DNA of 32,000 bases from Cereibacter sphaeroides 2.4.1 (lineage in GTDB: Bacteria > Pseudomonadota > Alphaproteobacteria > Rhodobacterales > Rhodobacteraceae). The stretch is from positions 930,001-962,000 of the forward strand of contig NC_007493.2 of assembly GCF_000012905.2 (NCBI RefSeq). The letters run 5' to 3'. The notes beneath the pieces were generated by a model. The model ran no database searches, had not been told where the DNA came from, and saw only the letters and a list, made by a program, of their open reading frames with translations. The position numbers and the translations under genes were made by a program. This document shows, piece by piece, positions 18,101 through 27,235 of this stretch (position 1 is the first letter of the stretch; every line of letters begins with the position of its first letter).

Positions 18101-19240
18101 TCACCTCAGCCGGTGGACATGCGCGCTCTGCACGAGGCCGAAGGCCACCATCAGCACCAGCATGGCCGAACCGCCGTAGCTGACCAGCGGCAGCGGCACG
18201 CCCACGACGGGGGCCATGCCCATCACCATCGACAGGTTCACCGCGAGATAGAAGAAGAAGTTGGCCGCGATCCCGAGGATCAGCAGCGACGAGAACCGGT
18301 CGCGGTTCTGCATCGCCGAGGCCACGCAGAAGGCGATCACCAGCGCATAGAGCACCAGAAGCGAGGCCGCGCCCACGAAGCCGAATTCCTCGGCCAGAGT
18401 GTTGAAGATGAAGTCCGTGTGCTTCTCGGGCAGGAAGTTCAGCCGGCTCTGGGTGCCCTGCATGAAGCCCTTGCCCGCCCAGCCGCCCGAGCCGAGCGCG
18501 ATCTTGGCCTGGATGATGTTGTAGCCCGCCCCGAGCGGGTCGGCCGTGGGGTCGAAGAACGTGTCGATCCGGCGATACTGGTAGTCATGCAGGAACTGCC
18601 ACGGCGTGCCCCGCAGCGAGAAGACCGAGAAGACGGCGCCCACGCCCATCGCGGCCACCACGCCGAAATACCACAGGCTCACCCCCGCAAGGAACATGAC
18701 CGCCGCCCCCACCATCAGCAGAAGGAGGGCCGTCCCGAGGTTCGGCTGGATCACGACGAGCGCCGTCGGCACGAGGATGATGAGCACCGGCAGCAGCACC
18801 CAGAGCGGGCGCGAGACCTTCTTCGGATCGAGCCAGTCGTAATAGGCCGCAAGCATCATCACCAGCGTGACCTTGGCCATTTCCGAGGGCTGCAGCACCA
18901 CCGGGCCGAGCGCGATCCAGCGCTGCGCGCCCATCCCCACGGTGCCGAAGAACTCGACGACCACGAGAAGCGCCAGCGACACGATGTAGGCCAGCCCCGC
19001 CATGTTGCGCCAGAACCAGATCGGCACGAAGGCCACGCTGAACATCAGCACGAGGCCCACGGCGAAACGCTTCATCTGCGGCCCGGCCCAGGTGTCGATG
19101 TCGCCGCCCGCGACCGAGGTCAGCATGAGCCAGCCGACCGAGGCCGTGGCCGTGACCAGCAGCACCAGCGCCCAGTTGATGTGGAGCACCTTGGCAAGGC
19201 CCGTGGGGGCGGTCTTCACGCGATATTCGAGAAAGCTCAT
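18101..19240 (-). CDS. rodA: Rod shape-determining protein RodA (SEDS family peptidoglycan polymerase), 379 aa
   Basis: FtsW/RodA/SpoVE-type polytopic protein (...HTDFIF..LAEEFGF.G..., PLPLVSYGGS). It starts 7 nt after the mrdA stop. Confidence 0.93.
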   Translation of the reverse strand: MSFLEYRVKTAPTGLAKVLHINWALVLLVTATASVGWLMLTSVAGGDIDTWAGPQMKRFAVGLVLMFSVAFVPIWFWRNMAGLAYIVSLALLVVVEFFGTVGMGAQRWIALGPVVLQPSEMAKVTLVMMLAAYYDWLDPKKVSRPLWVLLPVLIILVPTALVVIQPNLGTALLLLMVGAAVMFLAGVSLWYFGVVAAMGVGAVFSVFSLRGTPWQFLHDYQYRRIDTFFDPTADPLGAGYNIIQAKIALGSGGWAGKGFMQGTQSRLNFLPEKHTDFIFNTLAEEFGFVGAASLLVLYALVIAFCVASAMQNRDRFSSLLILGIAANFFFYLAVNLSMVMGMAPVVGVPLPLVSYGGSAMLVLMVAFGLVQSAHVHRLR

Positions 19241-19247
19241 GGCAGCC

Positions 19248-21194
19248 TCAGGCCCGCGAGCGGGTGGTGACTTCGGGTTCGATCTTGCGCAGTGGCAGGC
19301 TGGTGAGCAGCGTCTCGATCCGGGCGCGCTGGCTCTGGGGATAGGCCGAGAGCGGGGGCAGCGGCCCGGGCGTCAGGCAGCGCAGGATCACGTCGCGCAC
19401 GATCGGGCCCGCGACCGACGAGCCGCCGCCGCCATGTTCCACCACGACAGCCACCGCCACGCGCGGCGCATCGAAGGGCGCAAAGCCCACGAAGAGCGCA
19501 TGGTCGCGCCGGTTCCACGGCAGCTGGTCGTTCGAGATGACCCCGCGCGCCCGTTCGGCGGCCGAGATGTTGCGCACCTGGCTCGTGCCGGACTTGCCCG
19601 CCATCACCAGCGCCGGATCGACGATCCGGTTCGTGTGGCCGGTGCCGCGCCGCTCGTTGATGACGGCATACATGCCCTGACGGACGGAGCGCAGCAGCGA
19701 GCCGTCGACGCCGAGCGGCGGCGCCTCGGGCACCGGCAGCTCGCTGTCGCCCACCGACCGCACGAGGCGCGGCTGCACCGCCCGCCCGCTCGCCACCCGT
19801 GCCGTCATCACCGCGAGCTGCAGGGGCGAGGCCAGCACATAACCCTGCCCGATCGAGGCGTTGATCGTGTCGCCGATCCGCCAGTCCTGCTCGTAGCGCT
19901 GCCGCTTCCAGGCCTTGTCCGGCATGATGCCTTCGGTGATGGCCGACATGGGCAGGTCGTGGCGCATCCCGAGCCCGAGCCTGCGGCCCATCTCGGCGAT
20001 CTTGTCGATGCCGACCCGCTGGGCGATGTCGTAGTAATAGACGTCGCAGCTTTCCGACAGCGAGCGCGAGAGCGACACCATGCCGTGCCCGCCGCGCTTC
20101 CAGCAGTGGAAGCGCCGCCCGCCGGTCTCGTAGTGGCCGGGGCAATAGACCGAGGTCTCCGGCGTGATCACGCCCGCCTCGAGGGCAGCAAGCGCCGTGA
20201 CCATCTTGAAGGTCGATCCCGGCGGATAGGCGCCCTGCACCGCCTTGTTGGCGAGCGGCCGGTGGTCGTTCTCGGTCAGCGCCGCGTAATCCTTGAACGA
20301 GATGCCGCGCACGAAGAGGTTCGGATCGAACGAGGGCGACGAGCAGATCGCGAGGATGTCGCCCGTGATCACGTCGATGGCCACCGCCGCCGCGCTCTCG
20401 GCGCCGAGGCGGGCCTGCACGAAATCCTGGATCTCGGCGTCGATGGTCAGCCGGATGTCGTCGCCCGCATCGCCCTCGACCCGGTCGATCTCGCGCATCA
20501 TGCGGCCGTAGGCGTTCACCTCGATCCGCTTGGTGCCGGCCTTGCCGCGCAGCGTGCCCTCCATCCAGGTCTCGACACCGATCTTGCCGATCTGGAACTC
20601 GGGGATCTTCAGCAGCGGATCCGGATCCTCGATCTTGGCGAGGTCGTTCTCGCTCACCGGGCCCACATAGCCCACCACATGGGCGAAGTCGGTGTCGAGC
20701 GGATAGGCGCGGCTCAGGCCCACCTCGGGCGTGACACCGGGCAGGGACGGCGCGTTGATCGCCACCTTCGACAGATCGTCCCACGCCATCCGGTCGGCCA
20801 CGATGATCGGCACGAAGGGGCTGTGACGCTTGGCCTCGGTCATGACGCGCTCGATGTCGGGCTCGGTCAGCGGGATCACGTCGGCCAGCCGGCGCAGCAC
20901 GGCCTCGACGTCGCCCGCATCCTCGCGCGTGATGACGACGCGGTAATTCTGCTCGTTGCCCGCGATCAGGCGGCCGTTGCGGTCGAAGATCTGGCCGCGT
21001 GTGGGCGGGATCAGCCGGATGTTGATCCGGTTCTCCTCGGCCAGGAGCTTGAACTCGTCGGCCTGATCCACCTGAAGATAGCGCATCCGCGCGCCGAGCA
21101 CGGCGAACATGGCCGTCATGGCGCCGCCCAGAAAGAGGGCGCGGCGGTTCACCTTGCGGGCGCTGTCCTCGGAATCGCGGGCGGATCGTCTCAC
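19248..21194 (-). CDS. mrdA: Penicillin-binding protein 2 (elongasome transpeptidase), 648 aa
   Basis: Proposed GTG start at 21194 overlaps the mreD stop (GTGA). It has ...RGQIFDRNG..., the STFK active-site motif (PPGSTFKMVTA), SxN-like SESC and KSGTSQ (KTG-type box). The upstream part of track ORF 19248..21407 lies inside mreD in another frame. Confidence 0.9.
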   Translation of the reverse strand: MRRSARDSEDSARKVNRRALFLGGAMTAMFAVLGARMRYLQVDQADEFKLLAEENRINIRLIPPTRGQIFDRNGRLIAGNEQNYRVVITREDAGDVEAVLRRLADVIPLTEPDIERVMTEAKRHSPFVPIIVADRMAWDDLSKVAINAPSLPGVTPEVGLSRAYPLDTDFAHVVGYVGPVSENDLAKIEDPDPLLKIPEFQIGKIGVETWMEGTLRGKAGTKRIEVNAYGRMMREIDRVEGDAGDDIRLTIDAEIQDFVQARLGAESAAAVAIDVITGDILAICSSPSFDPNLFVRGISFKDYAALTENDHRPLANKAVQGAYPPGSTFKMVTALAALEAGVITPETSVYCPGHYETGGRRFHCWKRGGHGMVSLSRSLSESCDVYYYDIAQRVGIDKIAEMGRRLGLGMRHDLPMSAITEGIMPDKAWKRQRYEQDWRIGDTINASIGQGYVLASPLQLAVMTARVASGRAVQPRLVRSVGDSELPVPEAPPLGVDGSLLRSVRQGMYAVINERRGTGHTNRIVDPALVMAGKSGTSQVRNISAAERARGVISNDQLPWNRRDHALFVGFAPFDAPRVAVAVVVEHGGGGSSVAGPIVRDVILRCLTPGPLPPLSAYPQSQRARIETLLTSLPLRKIEPEVTTRSRA

Positions 21195-21730
21195 ATGCGT
21201 CTCCCGAAGGCGTCGAGTTCTCCCGTCGCGGGCTTGCGCAGGTCCAGAAGCAGCCAGCAGCAGCCGACGATCAGAGGATAGCAGAGGATGGTCATCGCGG
21301 TCTGCAACAGATGCTCGCCGAGCGCGGGCTGCGGCAGGAGCGCCAGCGCGGCGATGGTCCGCTCGGCGAAGCGCAGGGCGAGCATGACGCCCGAGACGAG
21401 CAGCCACTCGACCGGAAAGCTCAGCTCGCGCGTGAGGGCCGCGCGCGAGCGCAGGAACTCGGTGGCCACCAGCACCAGCGCGGCCCAGAGCCCCGGCGGG
21501 CGCATGAGGAGCAGATCCTCGAGCAGGAGCACCACCGCCAGAAGCGGCGCGGGCAGGTAGTCGGGCCGCCGGATCACCCAGGCGAGGATCAGGCAGAGCA
21601 GGAGGTCCGGGCCCGGCCAGGCTCCGGCGCGCAGGCCGAGCGGCAGCAGGCGCAGCACCACCAGGAAGGCCGCGATGGCCACGAAGGCCGTGGGATAAAG
21701 CCAGACGCGGCGGCGCACACCCTCAGCCAT
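21191..21730 (-). CDS. mreD: Rod shape-determining protein MreD, 179 aa
   Basis: Small hydrophobic protein positioned between mreC and mrdA. The ATG at 21730 overlaps the end of mreC by 8 nt. Confidence 0.8.
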   Translation of the reverse strand: MAEGVRRRVWLYPTAFVAIAAFLVVLRLLPLGLRAGAWPGPDLLLCLILAWVIRRPDYLPAPLLAVVLLLEDLLLMRPPGLWAALVLVATEFLRSRAALTRELSFPVEWLLVSGVMLALRFAERTIAALALLPQPALGEHLLQTAMTILCYPLIVGCCWLLLDLRKPATGELDAFGRRM

Positions 21731-22625
21731 CGGCACCCTCCACCGCAGCGGGGGCGGGCGGGGCGGGGGGCTCGGCCACCAGCTTGCCCGGATCGCTGAT
21801 CGGTTCGAGCTCGTGGCTGCGCAGCACGCGCAGGAACTCGAGCCGCCCGTAATCGGCCGCAAGCCGCACCCGGAGCCGGCGATCCGGCCCCTGCGCCACC
21901 TGTCCCACGAGAAGATCGGCCGGGAAGACCCCGCCGTCGCCCGAGGTCACCACCCGGTCGCCCGGCCGTACGAGGTCGGGCTTGTCGAGGAATTCGAGCG
22001 GCGGGGAGGGCGAGTTGTCACCTGTCAACAGGGCGCGCTGGCCCGAGGGCTGCACCGTCACGGGGATGCGGCTGCTCGTGTCGGTGAGCAGGATCACCCG
22101 GCTCGTGGTGCGGCCGACGCCCGAGATCCGGCCGACGAGGCCGATCCCGTCCATCGTGGCCCAACCGTCGCGGATGCCGTCGCGTGCGCCCACATTCAAC
22201 AGGACCGACTGGCGGAAGGGCGAGCCCGAGTCGGCCAGCACGACGCCCGTGACATGGGTGAGCTTCGGATCGAGCCGCACCTGATTGAGGTCCAGAAGCC
22301 GCGCGTTCTTCTGCTCGAGCTGAAGCGCCGCTTCCTTCCAGGCCTTCATCTGCTGAAGCTCGCGCCGCAGCTCCTGATTCTGCTCGTAGATCCGCGTGTA
22401 GGACTGGAAGTTCTCGACCATGCCCGCGACCTTGGTCATGGGCGTCATCAGCCATTCGAACGAGGGCACCACGCGGTCGATCAGCGCCGCGCGGAACTGC
22501 TCGACGCGCGGGCTGTCGATCCGCCAGATCAGGAAGATCCCGAGCAGCAGCAGGACCAGCCCGCCGACGAGGATGCGGCGCAGCGGACGGGTGAAATCCT
22601 CCGGTCTGGTCCGGTCTCGGGCCAA
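21723..22625 (-). CDS. mreC: Rod shape-determining protein MreC, 300 aa (TTG start)
   Basis: It follows mreB. One N-terminal TM segment, a coiled-coil segment (ELRRELQQMKAWKEAALQLEQKN) and a beta-rich C-terminal domain. The first codon is TTG at 22625..22623, with GAGGGAG 6 nt upstream. Confidence 0.88.
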   Translation of the reverse strand: MARDRTRPEDFTRPLRRILVGGLVLLLLGIFLIWRIDSPRVEQFRAALIDRVVPSFEWLMTPMTKVAGMVENFQSYTRIYEQNQELRRELQQMKAWKEAALQLEQKNARLLDLNQVRLDPKLTHVTGVVLADSGSPFRQSVLLNVGARDGIRDGWATMDGIGLVGRISGVGRTTSRVILLTDTSSRIPVTVQPSGQRALLTGDNSPSPPLEFLDKPDLVRPGDRVVTSGDGGVFPADLLVGQVAQGPDRRLRVRLAADYGRLEFLRVLRSHELEPISDPGKLVAEPPAPPAPAAVEGADG

Positions 22626-22658
22626 GGGCGCTCCCTCTCAGAGCCGGCGGCGGGGCCG

Positions 22659-23813
<1,155 letters not shown>

Positions 23814-24044
23814 TCAATCCGCGCGCCCGGCGGAATGGAGGGCTCCTCCGGGCTGCCGGTGCCGGTCGAGATGGGGGAGGGGAGGCGGGCAGGACGGGGC
23901 CTGTCCTGCGGCCGGAAGCCCGGCGGTTTCGGTCGAGACGAGCGCAGAAAAGTGAGGCGCTGCCTCGCCTGCCCGCTTTCGCCGCCTTTGCCGTGGCCGC
24001 GCGCCGCGCTAGCTTCCGCCCGTCCGACAAGATGAGGAAGCAGA

Positions 24045-25001
24045 TTGTCCCCCTCCGCCGCTCCAAGCCCGCCGCTGCGGAACCTGTCGCTCGACGCTCT
24101 CAAGATCGTGATGGCCGTGATGGTCGTGGGGCTTCATGCGGGCTTCCTGCGCGACCTGCATCCGATGGCCTCCGACTTCTTCACCAACTGCCTGTTCCGG
24201 ATCGCCGTGCCGACCTTTCTCGTCATCAACGGTTATTATCTCGAGAGGCAGCTCGACCGCGGGCTCTGGCTCTGGGCGCGGCGGGTGGCGCTGCTCTATG
24301 GGATCTGGATGGCGCTCTATGCGCCGCTCTGGCTGCCGGGGGCGCTGAAGGTGCCGGCCTTCGGGCGCGAGGTGCTGTTCTTCGGCTATTATCACCTCTG
24401 GTATCTGCTGGCGCTGCTGCTCGCGGGGCTTCTCGTGGCGGCGCTGAGGCCGTTGGGCGAGCGGGTGCTGGCGGGAACCGCGCTTCTGGCCTTCGCCTGT
24501 GGCGTGGGCATCCAGTATGCGGGCAATTTCCACCTCTTCGAGCCGCCGGTCGACGATCTGCTGAACCGGGTGCAGACCTATCGCAACTTCCTCTTCATGG
24601 GCTTTCCGTTCCTCGTGGCGGGCGTGCTCATCGCGCGGCACGAGGAGAGGCTCGCGCGCTTCGGCACCCCGGCGGTGCTGGCTGCGGCCTCGGCGCTCCT
24701 GCTGGCCGAATGGGGGGCGAACATGGTCTGGAACCGCGAGGATCCGGTGTTCGAGATCTTCGCCTCTCTGGCGCTGGTCTGCCCGGCCCTGTTCCTGACC
24801 GTGAAGGGCCGGAGGCTGATGGGCCGGAGCCGCGACTTCGGCCAGTTCGCGACGGCGCTCTATCTCGTCCATATCGCGGTGCTGCATTTCACCTACGACG
24901 TCGAGATGGGGGATACGCTGCGCACGCTGATCGGGCTCTGCCTCGCGTCGCTTCTCGCGGTGCCGGTGGTGCTTGCCGCGCGGCGGCTGCCGATCCTCTG
25001 A
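24045..25001 (+). CDS. Acyltransferase family 3 integral membrane protein (putative O-acyltransferase), 318 aa, TTG start
   Basis: LRNLSLDALKIVMAVMVVGLHAGF... is a typical acyltransferase_3 N-terminus, and the protein has multiple TM segments. The only in-frame start upstream of that motif is TTG at 24045, with GAGGAAG 5 nt upstream. Confidence 0.8.
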   Translation: MSPSAAPSPPLRNLSLDALKIVMAVMVVGLHAGFLRDLHPMASDFFTNCLFRIAVPTFLVINGYYLERQLDRGLWLWARRVALLYGIWMALYAPLWLPGALKVPAFGREVLFFGYYHLWYLLALLLAGLLVAALRPLGERVLAGTALLAFACGVGIQYAGNFHLFEPPVDDLLNRVQTYRNFLFMGFPFLVAGVLIARHEERLARFGTPAVLAAASALLLAEWGANMVWNREDPVFEIFASLALVCPALFLTVKGRRLMGRSRDFGQFATALYLVHIAVLHFTYDVEMGDTLRTLIGLCLASLLAVPVVLAARRLPIL

Positions 25002-25110
25002 CCCTCTCCCTATCATCGCGGGGCCTGTCGCAGAGCCTGACCGGGCAGGGTCTGTGCCGAGTCCGGGGCAGGGGGCCGATCCTGCGCAGGGCGGCAGGCC
25101 CGAACGAGAC

Positions 25111-25131
25111 GGGCCGCCCGTGAGGCGGCCC
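25111..25131. terminator. Hairpin 1 in the convergent acyltransferase / leuA gap
   Basis: GGGCCGCC-CGTGA-GGCGGCCC, an 8-bp perfect stem. Confidence 0.45.
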
Positions 25132-25160
25132 GATCCGATGGAGCCATGGTCCAATAAGGG

Positions 25161-25179
25161 GGCCGCCCGTCGGGCGGCC
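25161..25179. terminator. Hairpin 2 in the convergent acyltransferase / leuA gap (9 nt beyond the leuA stop)
   Basis: GGCCGCCC-GTC-GGGCGGCC, an 8-bp perfect stem. Confidence 0.45.
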
Positions 25180-25187
25180 GGCCCCGC

Positions 25188-26777
25188 TCAGGCGTGCGAG
25201 CTGTAATGCACGTCCTTCATGTCCGCGCCCGGCGCCGACTTCTGGCGACGGTGGATCAGGCGGTTCAGCGCGTTCACATAGGCCTTCACGCTCGCCACCA
25301 CCGTGTCGGTGTCGGCGGCCTGACCCGTGGCGATCTTGCCGTCCTCCTCGAGCCGGACCGAGACCGTCGCCTGCGCGTCGGTGCCCTCGGTCACCGCATG
25401 GACCTGATAGAGATGCAGCTTGGCATGGTGCGGATAGATCATCTTCACCGCGTTGAAGGCCGCATCCACCGGCCCGTCGCCGGTCGCGTCGATGGCATGG
25501 TCCACCCCCTCGACCGAGAGCGTCATCTCGGCCTCCTGCGGGCCGTCGGTGCCGCAGACCACGCGCAGCCGCTTGAGCTGCAGCGTGTCATGTTCGGCCG
25601 AGGTCACCTGATCCTGGATCAGGGCGACGATGTCGTCGTCATAGACCTCCTTCTTGCGGTCGGCGAGCGCCTTGAACCGCACGAAGACGTCGTTCAGCTG
25701 GTTGTCGGCCAGATCGTAGCCCAGATCCTTGAGCTTGGCGCGCAGCGCCGCCCGGCCCGAATGCTTGCCCATCACCAGCGACGTGTCGGCGAGGCCCACG
25801 TCCGCGGGTCGCATGATCTCGAAGGTCTGGGCGTTCTTCAGCATCCCGTCCTGATGGATGCCGGACTCGTGGGCGAAGGCGTTCTTGCCGACGACGGCCT
25901 TGTTGAACTGCACCGGGAAGCCCGAGACGGTGGCGACCTTGCGGCTGATGTTCATGATCTTGGTCGTATCGATGCCGGTGCGGAACGGCATGATGTCGTT
26001 GCGCACCTTCAGCGCCATCACCACCTCTTCGAGGGCGGTGTTGCCCGCGCGCTCGCCGAGGCCGTTGATCGTGCATTCGATCTGCCGCGCGCCCGCCTCG
26101 ACGGCCGCCAGCGCGTTCGCCGTCGCCATGCCCAGATCGTTGTGGCAGTGGGTGGCGAAGACGATCGTGTCCGCACCCGGCACGCGCTCGACGAGCATCC
26201 GGATCAGGTCGGCGCTTTCGCGCGGGGCGGTGTAGCCCACCGTGTCGGGGATGTTGATCGTGGTGGCGCCCGCCTTGATCGCGATCTCGACCACGCGGCA
26301 GAGATAATCGTGCTCGGTCCGCGTCGCATCCATCGGCGACCATTGCACATTGTCGCAGAGGTTGCGGGCGTGGCTCACCGTGTCGTGGATCCGCTCGGCC
26401 ATCTGGTCCATGTCGAGGTTCGGGATCGCCCGGTGCAGCGGCGAGGTGCCGATGAAGGTGTGGATGCGGGGGGATTTCGCGTGGCGCACCGCCTCCCAGC
26501 AGCGGTCGATGTCCTTGTAGTTGGCCCGCGCGAGGCCGCAGATCGTGGCGTTCTTCGACTGCCGCGCGATGGCCGAGACGGCCTCGAAATCGCCCTCGGA
26601 GGCGATGGGGAAGCCCGCCTCTATGATGTCCACGCCCATCTCGTCGAGCAGCGCCGCGATCTCGAGCTTCTCGTCATGCGTCATGGTCGCGCCGGGCGAC
26701 TGTTCGCCATCCCTGAGCGTGGTGTCGAAAATCAGGACGCGGTCCTGCTCGGAGGCGGTCTTGGTCGTGTCGGTCAT
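25188..26777 (-). CDS. leuA: 2-isopropylmalate synthase, 529 aa
   Basis: ...RVLIFDTTLRDGEQSPG...HCHNDLGMATANALAAVEAGARQIECTINGLGERAGN... with a C-terminal LeuA regulatory domain. Confidence 0.96.
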   Translation of the reverse strand: MTDTTKTASEQDRVLIFDTTLRDGEQSPGATMTHDEKLEIAALLDEMGVDIIEAGFPIASEGDFEAVSAIARQSKNATICGLARANYKDIDRCWEAVRHAKSPRIHTFIGTSPLHRAIPNLDMDQMAERIHDTVSHARNLCDNVQWSPMDATRTEHDYLCRVVEIAIKAGATTINIPDTVGYTAPRESADLIRMLVERVPGADTIVFATHCHNDLGMATANALAAVEAGARQIECTINGLGERAGNTALEEVVMALKVRNDIMPFRTGIDTTKIMNISRKVATVSGFPVQFNKAVVGKNAFAHESGIHQDGMLKNAQTFEIMRPADVGLADTSLVMGKHSGRAALRAKLKDLGYDLADNQLNDVFVRFKALADRKKEVYDDDIVALIQDQVTSAEHDTLQLKRLRVVCGTDGPQEAEMTLSVEGVDHAIDATGDGPVDAAFNAVKMIYPHHAKLHLYQVHAVTEGTDAQATVSVRLEEDGKIATGQAADTDTVVASVKAYVNALNRLIHRRQKSAPGADMKDVHYSSHA

Positions 26778-26851
26778 GTGAATTCTCTCGTTGTGCTCAG
26801 CTTCGGTCCCGGGCGCTGGTCACCTCCGAGCGGTCGCGCCCAAGGGCACGC

Positions 26852-26941
26852 TCAGAGGCAGCTAAGGAGAAGAAGCGCACGGGCAGCCACAGCCCGGAGG
26901 GGCGTGGCGGAGCTGATCGCGATGGTGCGGTCCCGTGTCAT
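26852..26941 (-). promoter_or_regulatory. Candidate leucine leader peptide uORF (29 aa, ends ...RALLLLSCL*) upstream of leuA
   Basis: ATG at 26941. Four consecutive Leu codons (CTT CTT CTC CTT) lie 3 codons before the stop, which is 74 nt upstream of the leuA ATG. A 10-bp hairpin (26823..26858) overlaps the stop codon. No obvious SD and no U-tract terminator. Confidence 0.3.
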
Positions 26942-26951
26942 GGCGCGGATA

Positions 26952-26996
26952 TTACGGAGCAGGGCGCAAAAGGAAAGTGCGAAAGTGACGGGGCAT
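26952..26996 (-). promoter_or_regulatory. Mini-uORF (14 aa, MPRHFRTFLLRPAP*) with strong SD, immediately upstream of the Leu-rich uORF
   Basis: GGAGGA lies 9 nt upstream of the ATG at 26996. The TAA stop is at 26954..26952, 10 nt before the next ATG. Confidence 0.25.
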
Positions 26997-27158
26997 GGCG
27001 CTTTTTCCTCCGGGCAGGGCCTCCGCTTCTGCGGGAGACCCGAGGTCCGACGGGGCGCCGAGGGCCGCACGGGGTCCCGGGGCCCGCTCGTGTCAGGGCT
27101 GCATCCGACGCAGGGATGCCACGGCGTTTCTGCCTGCGCGGGCAGGTCGCGGCTGCGG

Positions 27159-27172
27159 TTGACTCACCGCAA
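27159..27172 (+). promoter_or_regulatory. Weak CRP/FNR-family (FnrL/NnrR-type) box candidate upstream of the cupredoxin gene
   Basis: TTGAC-TCAC-CGCAA fits TTG-N8-CAA. A -10-like TAGACA at 27195..27200 sits where a class II promoter (site centred at -41.5) would place it. Pattern match only. Confidence 0.25.
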
Positions 27173-27235
27173 CACGGCGCGGGGCGGTCGGGCGTAGACA
27201 GGTTCTGTCAGCGGAACCTCTTGCCAGAAAGGACG

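Noticed and set aside
18113-21281. Long + strand ORFs 18113..19270 (385 aa) and 19002..21281 (759 aa)
   Set aside because: They are antisense to rodA and mrdA. The products are His/Arg/Asp/Glu-rich low-complexity sequence.
23993-25154. ORFs 23993..25123 (+, 376 aa) and 24009..25154 (-, 381 aa)
   Set aside because: These are an off-frame reading and an antisense frame of the acyltransferase_3 gene. The hydrophobic multi-TM frame starting at TTG 24045 is the only one with a family-like N-terminus.
26852-27070. 72-aa version of the ORF upstream of leuA as a real protein
   Set aside because: It has no SD at 27070 and low-complexity Arg/Pro-rich N-terminal sequence. Only the short 3' part with the LLLL run is considered, and only as a possible regulatory leader.
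25194-27197. 667-aa + strand ORF
   Set aside because: It is antisense to leuA and extends through the leuA leader region. No family resemblance.
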